A stretch of DNA of 64,000 nucleotides. Origin: an uncultured Thermoleophilia bacterium. Lineage in GTDB: Bacteria > Actinomycetota > Thermoleophilia > UBA2241. Numbering within the stretch: position 1 is the first letter of the stretch; each line of letters starts with the position of its first letter. Positions 47,190 through 54,642 of this stretch are shown piece by piece. The DNA is taken from NCBI GenBank assembly GCA_963702475.1, contig CAVPCT010000001.1, positions 156,347 to 220,346 of the forward strand, given 5' to 3'. The translations under genes and the position numbers were made by a program. The notes below the pieces were generated by a model that was not told the DNA's origin, made no database searches, and saw only the letters and a list, made by a program, of their open reading frames with translations.

Positions 47190-48907
47190 GCTCCCCGGCC
47201 ACCGCGCTGCCAGTCCCGCGGGCCATCCGCTTGCCGTCTCGCGGCTCGCTCGTCTGGCTCTTCGTCTCCCCGGTGGCGGCGCTGACCCTCGCCGGCCTCA
47301 CGATGTACCTCCTCGGCGTCTCGGGGGGCGATGACCCCGCTCACCTCTACAAGATCGCCCTTCTTCGTGACGGGCAGTCGGTGCTGTGGGACAACTACTG
47401 GTACGGCGGCTCCTACGGGGCGCTCACGTACGGCCTCGTGTACTACTGGCTCGCCCAGTTCGTACCGGGCATCGCCATCACGGTGCTCGCCGGCGGTGCT
47501 CTGCCGCTGTTGTTCCACCTGTACCTGCGGGACGGCTGGGGGGTCACATCACGGGCCCCTGCCTGGACGCTGGCGGTCGTCATGGTGGTGTACCTGGCGT
47601 GGGGCCAGTCGCCGTTCCTGCTGGCGATGTGCCTCACGATGGGTGGGCTGGCGCTGCTGGCGCGCGGCCGGCCGTACGTGGCCGCGCTTCTCTGCGGCGT
47701 GGGCGTCTTCACCAACCCGCTGGCCCTTGTGGCGGCTGGCGTGTTCCTCCTCGGCATGCTCGCGGGCCGGCCTGACTCCAGGCGCCCCGTACTCCGCTTC
47801 GTCCTCGCCATGCTCCCCGTGGTGGCCGTCCGCGTCGCCCTCGCCGCCGTCTTCGCGGCGCCGGCGTGGGAGTTCCACTACACGGCCGAGCTGGCGGGGC
47901 TGGCGGCCGTCGCCGTGATCGGTATCCTGCTGGCGCGTGCCTCGGAGGAGCCTTCGCTGCGTGCCCTGCAGTGGGTGTTCGTGGCGCTCCTCGCCGTCGT
48001 CGTGCCGGCCTACCTGCTGCCGGACACGCAGATCGGCAACAACGCCGGGCGTTTCTTCTACGTGTTCGGCGGGCCGCTGCTGGTGGCAGTGGCGTGGCCG
48101 AGCCGGCTCCCCCGGGTCGTGCCGCTCGTCGCCGTGGCCGTGGTTCTCGCGTTCCAGCTCGCCTTCCCGGTGTGGATGCTCGCCAGGGCGCCGACGTTCA
48201 CGGCCACCCGCGAGGCGTTCTTCGCCTCGGCCCTGCGCTACGCGGCCACCGTGTACGACCCGGACTTCCGCTTTCACGTGGTGACGCCCGAGATGCACTG
48301 GGAGTCGTACTACTTCCCTGCCGCCGGGTTTCCCATCACCCGTGGCTGGTACCGCCAGGCCGACGCCCTGCACAACGTGGACCTGTACGATGAGCAGCTC
48401 ACGCCCGACGCCTACGCGTTCTGGCTGCGGCGCCTGGCGGTGGAGTACGTGTTCGTGCCGCACGCTCCTCTGGTATCCACCTCGAAGCGGGAGGCGGCTA
48501 TCCTCGCCTCGTCGCCCGATTTTCGGCTCGTGTATCGCGGCAACCAGTGGACCGTCTACAGGCTCCTCGACGCGGAGCCCCTCGTGGTGCCGCTGGCGCA
48601 GGCGGACGCCCGGGTGTTCACGATGGACCACACCAGCATCCGCTTCGGGGTCACGCGCCCGGGGCCGTATCTCGTCAAGGTGACGTGGTCGCCGTACTGG
48701 CAGGTGGCGAGGGCGCCGTCCGGCCCGGCCTTGAGCGGCAGGGACGGGCATGCCGGGCAGCGGTGGCGGGCCGACGCTCTGGAACCCGCCCGCGAGCTTC
48801 TGAGCGAGGACTCGCACGGCTTCATCATCTTCCGCGCCCCCGCCGAGGGCGTCTACGCGCTGCGCTTCGACGTGGCCGGCACCGCTCAGGCGGAGCTCAT
48901 GCAGTGA
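47186..48907 (+). CDS. polytopic membrane protein with C-terminal extracytoplasmic domain (GT-C-like), paralog 1
   Basis: The GTG start overlaps the CbiA-like stop (GTGA). About 10 or more TM helices. The first loop carries GGDDPAHLYK...WDNYWYGGSYG, and the C-terminal part carries GFPITRGWYRQADALHN. Confidence 0.6.
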   Translation: MSSPATALPVPRAIRLPSRGSLVWLFVSPVAALTLAGLTMYLLGVSGGDDPAHLYKIALLRDGQSVLWDNYWYGGSYGALTYGLVYYWLAQFVPGIAITVLAGGALPLLFHLYLRDGWGVTSRAPAWTLAVVMVVYLAWGQSPFLLAMCLTMGGLALLARGRPYVAALLCGVGVFTNPLALVAAGVFLLGMLAGRPDSRRPVLRFVLAMLPVVAVRVALAAVFAAPAWEFHYTAELAGLAAVAVIGILLARASEEPSLRALQWVFVALLAVVVPAYLLPDTQIGNNAGRFFYVFGGPLLVAVAWPSRLPRVVPLVAVAVVLAFQLAFPVWMLARAPTFTATREAFFASALRYAATVYDPDFRFHVVTPEMHWESYYFPAAGFPITRGWYRQADALHNVDLYDEQLTPDAYAFWLRRLAVEYVFVPHAPLVSTSKREAAILASSPDFRLVYRGNQWTVYRLLDAEPLVVPLAQADARVFTMDHTSIRFGVTRPGPYLVKVTWSPYWQVARAPSGPALSGRDGHAGQRWRADALEPARELLSEDSHGFIIFRAPAEGVYALRFDVAGTAQAELMQ

Positions 48908-48929
48908 CACCTGCCGGAGGGGTGCGACG

Positions 48930-50579
48930 GTGACGCTCGCCGGAGTCGAGGACCGCCTCAAATCGCGGGGCGGCCTCCTGGCGCTGTGGCTGACCGCCAC
49001 CGCCGCGGCCGCCCTCGTGGCCGTGCTCATGTGGTCGAACGGCGTCCCCGGCTGGGACGACTTCGCCCACGCCTACAAGGTCTTCCTCCTGCGTCGCGGC
49101 GACTCGGTCTTCTGGGACAGCTACTGGTACGGCGGCTCCTATGGGGCGGTCAACTACGGGTTCGTCTTCTACTGGCTGGCGCAGTACGTGCCGGCCAAAC
49201 TGATCGTCGTGCTCGCCGCGGGTGCCATACCGCCGCTCTACTACGTCTACCAGCGGGATCTGTGGCACTGCGACGACGTGTGGCCCGCCTGGGCCTTCGC
49301 TGGGGTGATGAGCGTCTACCTGGCACACGGTCAGGACCCCTTCCTGCTCGGCCTGGCGCTCACACTGGGCGGACTCGCGCTGCTCGCCCGCGACCATCCC
49401 CTCCTCGCGGCGCTGCCGGTCGCGCTCGGCGTGTTCGCGAACCCCATGGCGTTCGTGGTGTGCGGGCCGCTCATGGTCGCCGACGTGCTCGGGCGCCCGG
49501 ACTGCCGCCGGCGCTATCTGTGGTTCTTCGTCGCCCTGGCGCCGTTCGTGCTCGTGCGTCTGGGTCTGGCGGCGGCGTTCAGCGAGCCCGGCGACTATCT
49601 CAACGAGACCTCGCAGCTCATGTTGTACCTCGGGTTCGCGCTCGCCGGGCTGGCCCTCGCGGGTGTGAACGCCGTCCACCCCCGCCGCCCGTTCACCATC
49701 CTCTTTCTCACGTACTCTGCCCTGTGCGTGCTGTCCTTCGTCACGCCGGGGAGCCCCTTGGGCAACAACATCGGACGGTTCTTCTTCGTGTTCGGGTTCC
49801 CGCTCCTGTTCCTGCTCCGCCACTCGCGGCTCAAGCGACCGTTCCCGTACGGCGACCTGGCGATGATCCCGATCGTCCTGTTCGGACTGCTGCAGGTCAG
49901 CGCCCCGTACAGCCACTTCACGCGCACGGACGAGTGGCCGCAGACGCGCGCCGCGTTCTTCGCCCCGGCACTGGCCGCGGCGCGCGACTACTACGACCCC
50001 GACTATCGCATCCACGTGGTGGCGCTGCGCCGCCACGGGGAGGCGGCTTACTTCCCGAAGGCCGGTTTCCCGATCACCCGCGGCTGGTACCGCCAGGCGG
50101 ACGCCGTGCACAATGGGCTCTTCTACACCACCTACGACGCCGCCGCCTACGCGGCGTGGTTGAGGGCGATGGGCGTGGAGTACGTCTTCCTCGCGGATGC
50201 GCCGCTCGACGCGTGGAGTCAGCGGGAGGTCCGCATCCTGCGGACGTCGCCGCAGTTCGAGCCGGTGAAGAAGACGGGCGTCTGGACGATCTACCGCCTG
50301 CGGCGCCCCGAGCCGCTCCTCGTCGGCCTGGAGGGCGGGAGTGGGGACATCCGCCGTGTCGGCCACCGCGAGATCGACTTCAGGGTCGGCGCGCCGGGCC
50401 GGTACAAGCTGAAGTTCTCATGGTCGCCGTACTGGTCACTCGAGGGCGGAGGCGGGGAGCTCGCTCCCGACGAGGGCTTCATCGGCCTGCGTCTGGACGC
50501 CTCCGGCCCCCACGTCCTGCGCTTCGTCGTCACACCGGGCCGTGTGCTGGACACGACACTCGAGAAGCTGGGGATCTGA
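48930..50579 (+). CDS. polytopic membrane protein (GT-C-like), paralog 2
   Basis: RBS GGAGGGG lies 7 nt before GTG 48930. Shared blocks are WDDFAHAYK...WDSYWYGGSYG and GFPITRGWYRQADAVHN. Confidence 0.6.
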   Translation: MTLAGVEDRLKSRGGLLALWLTATAAAALVAVLMWSNGVPGWDDFAHAYKVFLLRRGDSVFWDSYWYGGSYGAVNYGFVFYWLAQYVPAKLIVVLAAGAIPPLYYVYQRDLWHCDDVWPAWAFAGVMSVYLAHGQDPFLLGLALTLGGLALLARDHPLLAALPVALGVFANPMAFVVCGPLMVADVLGRPDCRRRYLWFFVALAPFVLVRLGLAAAFSEPGDYLNETSQLMLYLGFALAGLALAGVNAVHPRRPFTILFLTYSALCVLSFVTPGSPLGNNIGRFFFVFGFPLLFLLRHSRLKRPFPYGDLAMIPIVLFGLLQVSAPYSHFTRTDEWPQTRAAFFAPALAAARDYYDPDYRIHVVALRRHGEAAYFPKAGFPITRGWYRQADAVHNGLFYTTYDAAAYAAWLRAMGVEYVFLADAPLDAWSQREVRILRTSPQFEPVKKTGVWTIYRLRRPEPLLVGLEGGSGDIRRVGHREIDFRVGAPGRYKLKFSWSPYWSLEGGGGELAPDEGFIGLRLDASGPHVLRFVVTPGRVLDTTLEKLGI

Positions 50580-50620
50580 GCCGGCCGGGCGTCGGCGCAG
50601 GCTGGTGTAGACTGCCGCTC

Positions 50621-51718
50621 ATGTCGCCTGAGCGCCTCTCTGCCGACCTGTTCGCCCTCCCCGTCGACGCCATCAGGGAGGGGTTCTACACGGACGCCTA
50701 TTTCAACGGCGCCCGCCGGGTCCTGGAGGAGCAGAAGCTGCACCCGCGCGTCACGATGCAGGTCTTCCAGAAGCGCGAGGACACCCTTCTCTGCGGCATG
50801 GACGAGGCGTTGGCGGCGCTGCGCCTGTGCGCCGGACGCTACGCGGGTGAGGGGCAGCACCGCCGTTGGGAACCAGGCTGGGACCGGCTCGTCGTGCACG
50901 CCCTGCGCGACGGCGACGAGCCGGCCTCGTGGGAGACGGTGATGACCATCGAGGGCGACTACGGCCTGTTCGCACACCTCGAGACCGTCTACCTCGGGCT
51001 GCTGAGCCGGCGCACGCTCATCGCGAGCAACGTGCGCCGCGCGGTGCGCGCCGCTTCCGGCAAGCCGGTCCTGTACTTCCCGGCCCGCTTCGACCACTGG
51101 GCGGTCCAGCCGGGCGACGGCCACGCGGCGCGCGTGGGAGGCGCATCCGGCGTCAGCACCGACGCTCAGGCGGCCTGGTGGGGAGGCAGGGGTATCGGCA
51201 CCGTCCCGCACGCCCTCATCGCCTGCTGCGGCGGCGACACCGTGGAGGCCGTGCGCCGCTTCGCCGACGTCCACTATCCCGCGGTCGACGTCGTCGCGTT
51301 GGTCGACTTCGACAACGACAGCGTGAGCACCAGCCTGGCGTGCGCGCGCGCCCTGGGCGAGCGCCTGTGGGGCGTGCGCCTGGACACCAGCGAGACCATG
51401 GTCGACCGCTCGCTCTGGCATACCATGGGCAGCTTCCGCCCCGTCGGTGTCGCGCCGGAGCTCGTGCGCGAGGTCCGGCGCGCTCTGGACGCCGAGGGCT
51501 TCCAGCGGGTGCGCATCGTGGTGAGCGGAGGGTTCGACGCGGACCGCATCGCCGGTTTCGAGGCGCAGGGCGTGCCTGTCGATGCCTACGGCGTGGGCAG
51601 CAGCCTGCTGCGCGGCGCGACCGACTTCACGGCCGACGTCGTGCAGCTGGACGGCAGGCCGTGCGCCAAGGTGGGCCGCGCGCACCGCCCCAGCCCGCGG
51701 CTCGAGCGGGTTCGCTGA
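50621..51718 (+). CDS. pncB: nicotinate phosphoribosyltransferase (short, archaeal-type class)
   Basis: GFYTDAYFNGARRVL N-terminus and a type II PRTase barrel motif (GVRLDTSE...SGGFD). ATG 50621. Only the 3-prime part of ORF 48986..51718 is real. Confidence 0.65.
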   Translation: MSPERLSADLFALPVDAIREGFYTDAYFNGARRVLEEQKLHPRVTMQVFQKREDTLLCGMDEALAALRLCAGRYAGEGQHRRWEPGWDRLVVHALRDGDEPASWETVMTIEGDYGLFAHLETVYLGLLSRRTLIASNVRRAVRAASGKPVLYFPARFDHWAVQPGDGHAARVGGASGVSTDAQAAWWGGRGIGTVPHALIACCGGDTVEAVRRFADVHYPAVDVVALVDFDNDSVSTSLACARALGERLWGVRLDTSETMVDRSLWHTMGSFRPVGVAPELVREVRRALDAEGFQRVRIVVSGGFDADRIAGFEAQGVPVDAYGVGSSLLRGATDFTADVVQLDGRPCAKVGRAHRPSPRLERVR

Positions 51719-51744
51719 CAAGCCTCGAGGGGCAGATTCTGCGC

Positions 51745-52299
51745 ATGGACACGTACACGCCCGACCCCGCCACCGCCGTCGTCGTCATCGACATGCTCGT
51801 GGGCTTCTGCCGGCACGGCAACCTCCACAGCCCTCGCTTCGAACCGCTGGTGCCGCGCCTGTACGCGCACCTCAAGCGGGCCGAGGAGAAGGGCGCCCAC
51901 CTTGTGTTCCTGGCCGATACGCATGCCCCGGACGACCCCGAGTTCCGCATGTTCCCGCCGCACTGCGTGGAGGGCTCGGGCGAGGAGGAGGTCGTGCCGG
52001 AGCTGGCCGAGTTCGTGCGACGCGGCACCCTGGTGCGCAAGCACACCTTCTCGGGGTTCAGGGGTACGGAGCTGGACGACGTCCTCACGCGACTGGCGCC
52101 GAAGCGCGTGGAGGTCGCGGGCGTGTGCACCGACATCTGCGTGCTGCACACCGTGTACGACCTCGAGGTGCGGGGCTACGAGGTCGTCGTGCGCAAGAGC
52201 CTGGTGGAGACGTACGACGCGCCCGGGCACGACGCCGAGGAGTTCAACCGCTTCGCTCTGGGGCACATCCGCGACGTTCTGGGCGCGGCGGTGGAGTGA
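51745..52299 (+). CDS. pncA: nicotinamidase / isochorismatase-family hydrolase
   Basis: VVVIDMLVGF (Asp), FPPHCVEGS (metal-binding/PncA-type) and VAGVCTDICV (nucleophile Cys). It follows the pncB-like gene after 26 nt. Confidence 0.7.
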   Translation: MDTYTPDPATAVVVIDMLVGFCRHGNLHSPRFEPLVPRLYAHLKRAEEKGAHLVFLADTHAPDDPEFRMFPPHCVEGSGEEEVVPELAEFVRRGTLVRKHTFSGFRGTELDDVLTRLAPKRVEVAGVCTDICVLHTVYDLEVRGYEVVVRKSLVETYDAPGHDAEEFNRFALGHIRDVLGAAVE

Positions 52300-52302
52300 C
52301 CG

Positions 52303-53040
52303 TCAGTGTTCGCCCTCGGCGTTCACGGCGTCTTTGCCGTCCAGCAGGTCGACGAAGCTCTGCGAGCGGCGTCCGATGACCGTCGTGGGGTCGATCAGGG
52401 CGGCCTTCTTCCACTGGTCACGCGCCTGTCGGGAGCGGTCGGTCGAGAAGTAGATGATGGCCAGCGAGTAGTGGGCCTCCTGGTCGCCGGGTCTGGCAGC
52501 CAGCACCTTGGTGATGGCCTTCTCGGCGCGTTTGGTCTGTCCGTCGGCGTGCCACACCATCGCGAGCTTCACCTTGGCGGCGGCGCTGTCGGGGTCCAGC
52601 GCCAGCACGTCGGCGTACACGTTCGCCGCGCGCGCGTTGTGCTGGGCCATGAAGTGGGCGTCACCAAGCTTCAGGAGGGTCTGGATGTCGTCGGGGTCGT
52701 CGGCCACCTCGCCCTCGAGCCGGGCGATGGTCTGCTGGATGGACGTGCTCGCGCTGGGGGCGGGCGAAACGGTCGCGGCCCCGGAGTCGCCCACGCTGGG
52801 GTGTCCGGACGGGAGCCCGTCGGGACTGGTCGCGCCCGCCGTTCCGGACTCATCGCCGGAGCGCAACCCCACCGCCACGACGAGCGTGGCGAGGGCGAGC
52901 GCCAGCGCAACGCCGGTCAGCAGGTAGTGTCTCCTCAAACGGGTCCTTTCCGGGCGGTGGAACAGGCTCAGGCAGGATAGCACCGGCACACCGGCGCTCG
53001 CGACCGCCGGAGGCCTCCTGGGGCCTGTGGCGGAGCGCAT
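52303..53040 (-). CDS. membrane-anchored TPR-repeat protein
   Basis: One TM segment (LLTGVALALALATLVVAV), a Ser/Pro linker, then TPR repeats (LLKLGDAHFMAQHNARAANVYADVLALDP...). An alternative TTG start at 52938 lies behind GGAAAGGA. Confidence 0.55.
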   Translation of the reverse strand: MRSATGPRRPPAVASAGVPVLSCLSLFHRPERTRLRRHYLLTGVALALALATLVVAVGLRSGDESGTAGATSPDGLPSGHPSVGDSGAATVSPAPSASTSIQQTIARLEGEVADDPDDIQTLLKLGDAHFMAQHNARAANVYADVLALDPDSAAAKVKLAMVWHADGQTKRAEKAITKVLAARPGDQEAHYSLAIIYFSTDRSRQARDQWKKAALIDPTTVIGRRSQSFVDLLDGKDAVNAEGEH

Positions 53041-53120
53041 CCAACCAACCTTAACCGGCGCTTAACACCTGTCGCCGGTCGAGTCTCTCACCCGCCGCCG
53101 CCGGGCCTGGAGAGGCCGTG

Positions 53121-53149
53121 TTGACGCGCCGCCGCGGCGAGGATACAGT
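53121..53149 (+). promoter_or_regulatory. promoter candidate TTGACG, 17 nt, TACAGT for the Rrf2 gene
   Basis: Both hexamers are close to consensus with a 17-nt spacer. The implied TSS would be about 40 nt upstream of ATG 53197, with RBS GGTGAGG. Confidence 0.45.
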
Positions 53150-53196
53150 TCAAGAAGACCGTTTTCGTCCTGTCTCGAAGCGACGGTGAGGTACGC

Positions 53197-53613
53197 ATGG
53201 GACTCCAGCTCACGCGCGGTGGCGAGTACGCCATCCGGGCCATGACGTATCTGGCACGTTTCCCCGACGGGCATGTGGCGTCCCTGCACGACATCGGGCA
53301 GGCGCAGGACATCCCGGAGAGCTTCCTCGCCAAGATCCTGCAGAGTCTCGTGCACGGAGGGCTGGCCGTGTCGCAGCGCGGCGCGCACGGTGGCTTCGCC
53401 CTTGCGCGCCCGGCCTCCGATATCACCATGCGGGACGTCATCGAGGCTGTGGACGGCCCGGTGGCCCTCAATCAGTGCGTGCTGTGGCCCGAGGACTGCC
53501 AGCGAAGCGGCGATTGCGAGACCCACAAGGCCTGGGCCAGGGCGCAGGCGCAGCTCATGGACGTGCTCGACACGGTCACGCTGCGAACCCTGGCCCCGAC
53601 CCCAGTCGGCTGA
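53197..53613 (+). CDS. Rrf2-family transcriptional regulator with a Cys triad (Fe-S type)
   Basis: N-terminus LTRGGEYAIRAMTYLA and HTH SFLAKILQSLVHGGLAVSQRGAHGGFAL. Candidate cluster ligands lie in CVLWPEDCQRSGDC. Confidence 0.85.
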   Translation: MGLQLTRGGEYAIRAMTYLARFPDGHVASLHDIGQAQDIPESFLAKILQSLVHGGLAVSQRGAHGGFALARPASDITMRDVIEAVDGPVALNQCVLWPEDCQRSGDCETHKAWARAQAQLMDVLDTVTLRTLAPTPVG

Positions 53614-53643
53614 GGCCCCGGGGGCGGGCTCCCGCCCGCCCCG

Positions 53644-54615
53644 TCAGGACCCGTACCCCTCCGGGTGCGTCTGCATCCACGCCCAGGCGTCGCGCACGGC
53701 GTCCTCCAGCGAACGCGACGGACGCCAGCCCAGTAGCTCCCCGGCGCGTCGGTTGCCTGCCACCAGGGCGGGCGGGTCGCCCGGGCGGCGCGCGGCGACG
53801 CGGGCGCGCAACTCCCGGCCGGTGACGCGCCGCACGGCGTCGAGCACTGTGTGCACCGAGTCGCCGGTCCCCGTCCCCAGGTTGAACGCGCCCTGGACGC
53901 CGGGCAGCGCCTCCAGGGCGGCGATGTGGGCGTCGGCGAGGTCGGCCACGTGGACGTAGTCGCGCACACACGTGCCGTCCATCGTGGGGTAGTCGTCGCC
54001 GAACACGTCCAGGGTACCGCCGTCGCGGGCGGCGCGCAGCGCCAGAGGTACCAGGTGCGACTCGGGGTCGTGGTCCTCACCGCACGGGCCGTCGGCGCCG
54101 CAGGCGTTGAAGTAGCGGAGCGCCGTGAAGGCGAGGTCGCCGCGAGACCGCGCCTCGCCGAGGAGGCGTTCTCCTTCGAGCTTGCCGGCGCCGTAGGGAT
54201 TGGAGGGCGTGAGGGGGTCCTCCTCGTCGATGGGGACCCCCTCGGGCTCGCCGTACACGGCGGCGGTGGAAGAGAACACCAGGCGGCCGGCCCCGGCCGC
54301 GCACGCGGCCGCGCTCACGGCCGCCGTGCCGTTCACGTTGACGTCGTGGTACCAGGCGGGCTCGCGCACCGACTCGCCCACCTCGGCGAGCGCCGCCATG
54401 TGCACCACGGCTTCGCAGCGGTGCGCGCGCAGCGCCTCCGTGAGGCGCACGCGGTCGCGCACGTCGCCCCGCTCGAAGGCCGCGCCCGCGGCCACCGCGC
54501 CGCGGTGGCCGCGGAACAGGTCGTCGTACACGGTGACGTCGTGGCCGCGCTGCAGCAGCCTGCGCGTGATCACGCTGCCGATGTAGCCGGCCCCGCCGGT
54601 GACCATGACCCTCAT
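53644..54615 (-). CDS. galE: UDP-glucose 4-epimerase
   Basis: MRVMVTGGAGYIGS Rossmann motif, YGAGK catalytic YxxxK and C-terminal GDPPALVA. I prefer the start at 54615. Confidence 0.85.
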   Translation of the reverse strand: MRVMVTGGAGYIGSVITRRLLQRGHDVTVYDDLFRGHRGAVAAGAAFERGDVRDRVRLTEALRAHRCEAVVHMAALAEVGESVREPAWYHDVNVNGTAAVSAAACAAGAGRLVFSSTAAVYGEPEGVPIDEEDPLTPSNPYGAGKLEGERLLGEARSRGDLAFTALRYFNACGADGPCGEDHDPESHLVPLALRAARDGGTLDVFGDDYPTMDGTCVRDYVHVADLADAHIAALEALPGVQGAFNLGTGTGDSVHTVLDAVRRVTGRELRARVAARRPGDPPALVAGNRRAGELLGWRPSRSLEDAVRDAWAWMQTHPEGYGS

Positions 54616-54642
54616 GTGGTGTCCCCGGTCCCGCCGGCCCAT

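Noticed and set aside
50621-52299. pncB-like/pncA pair as part of a novel system with the upstream membrane proteins
   Set aside because: Nicotinamidase plus nicotinate phosphoribosyltransferase is the ordinary NAD salvage pair. A 41-nt gap separates it from the upstream gene and I see no functional logic linking the two, so I treated it as housekeeping.
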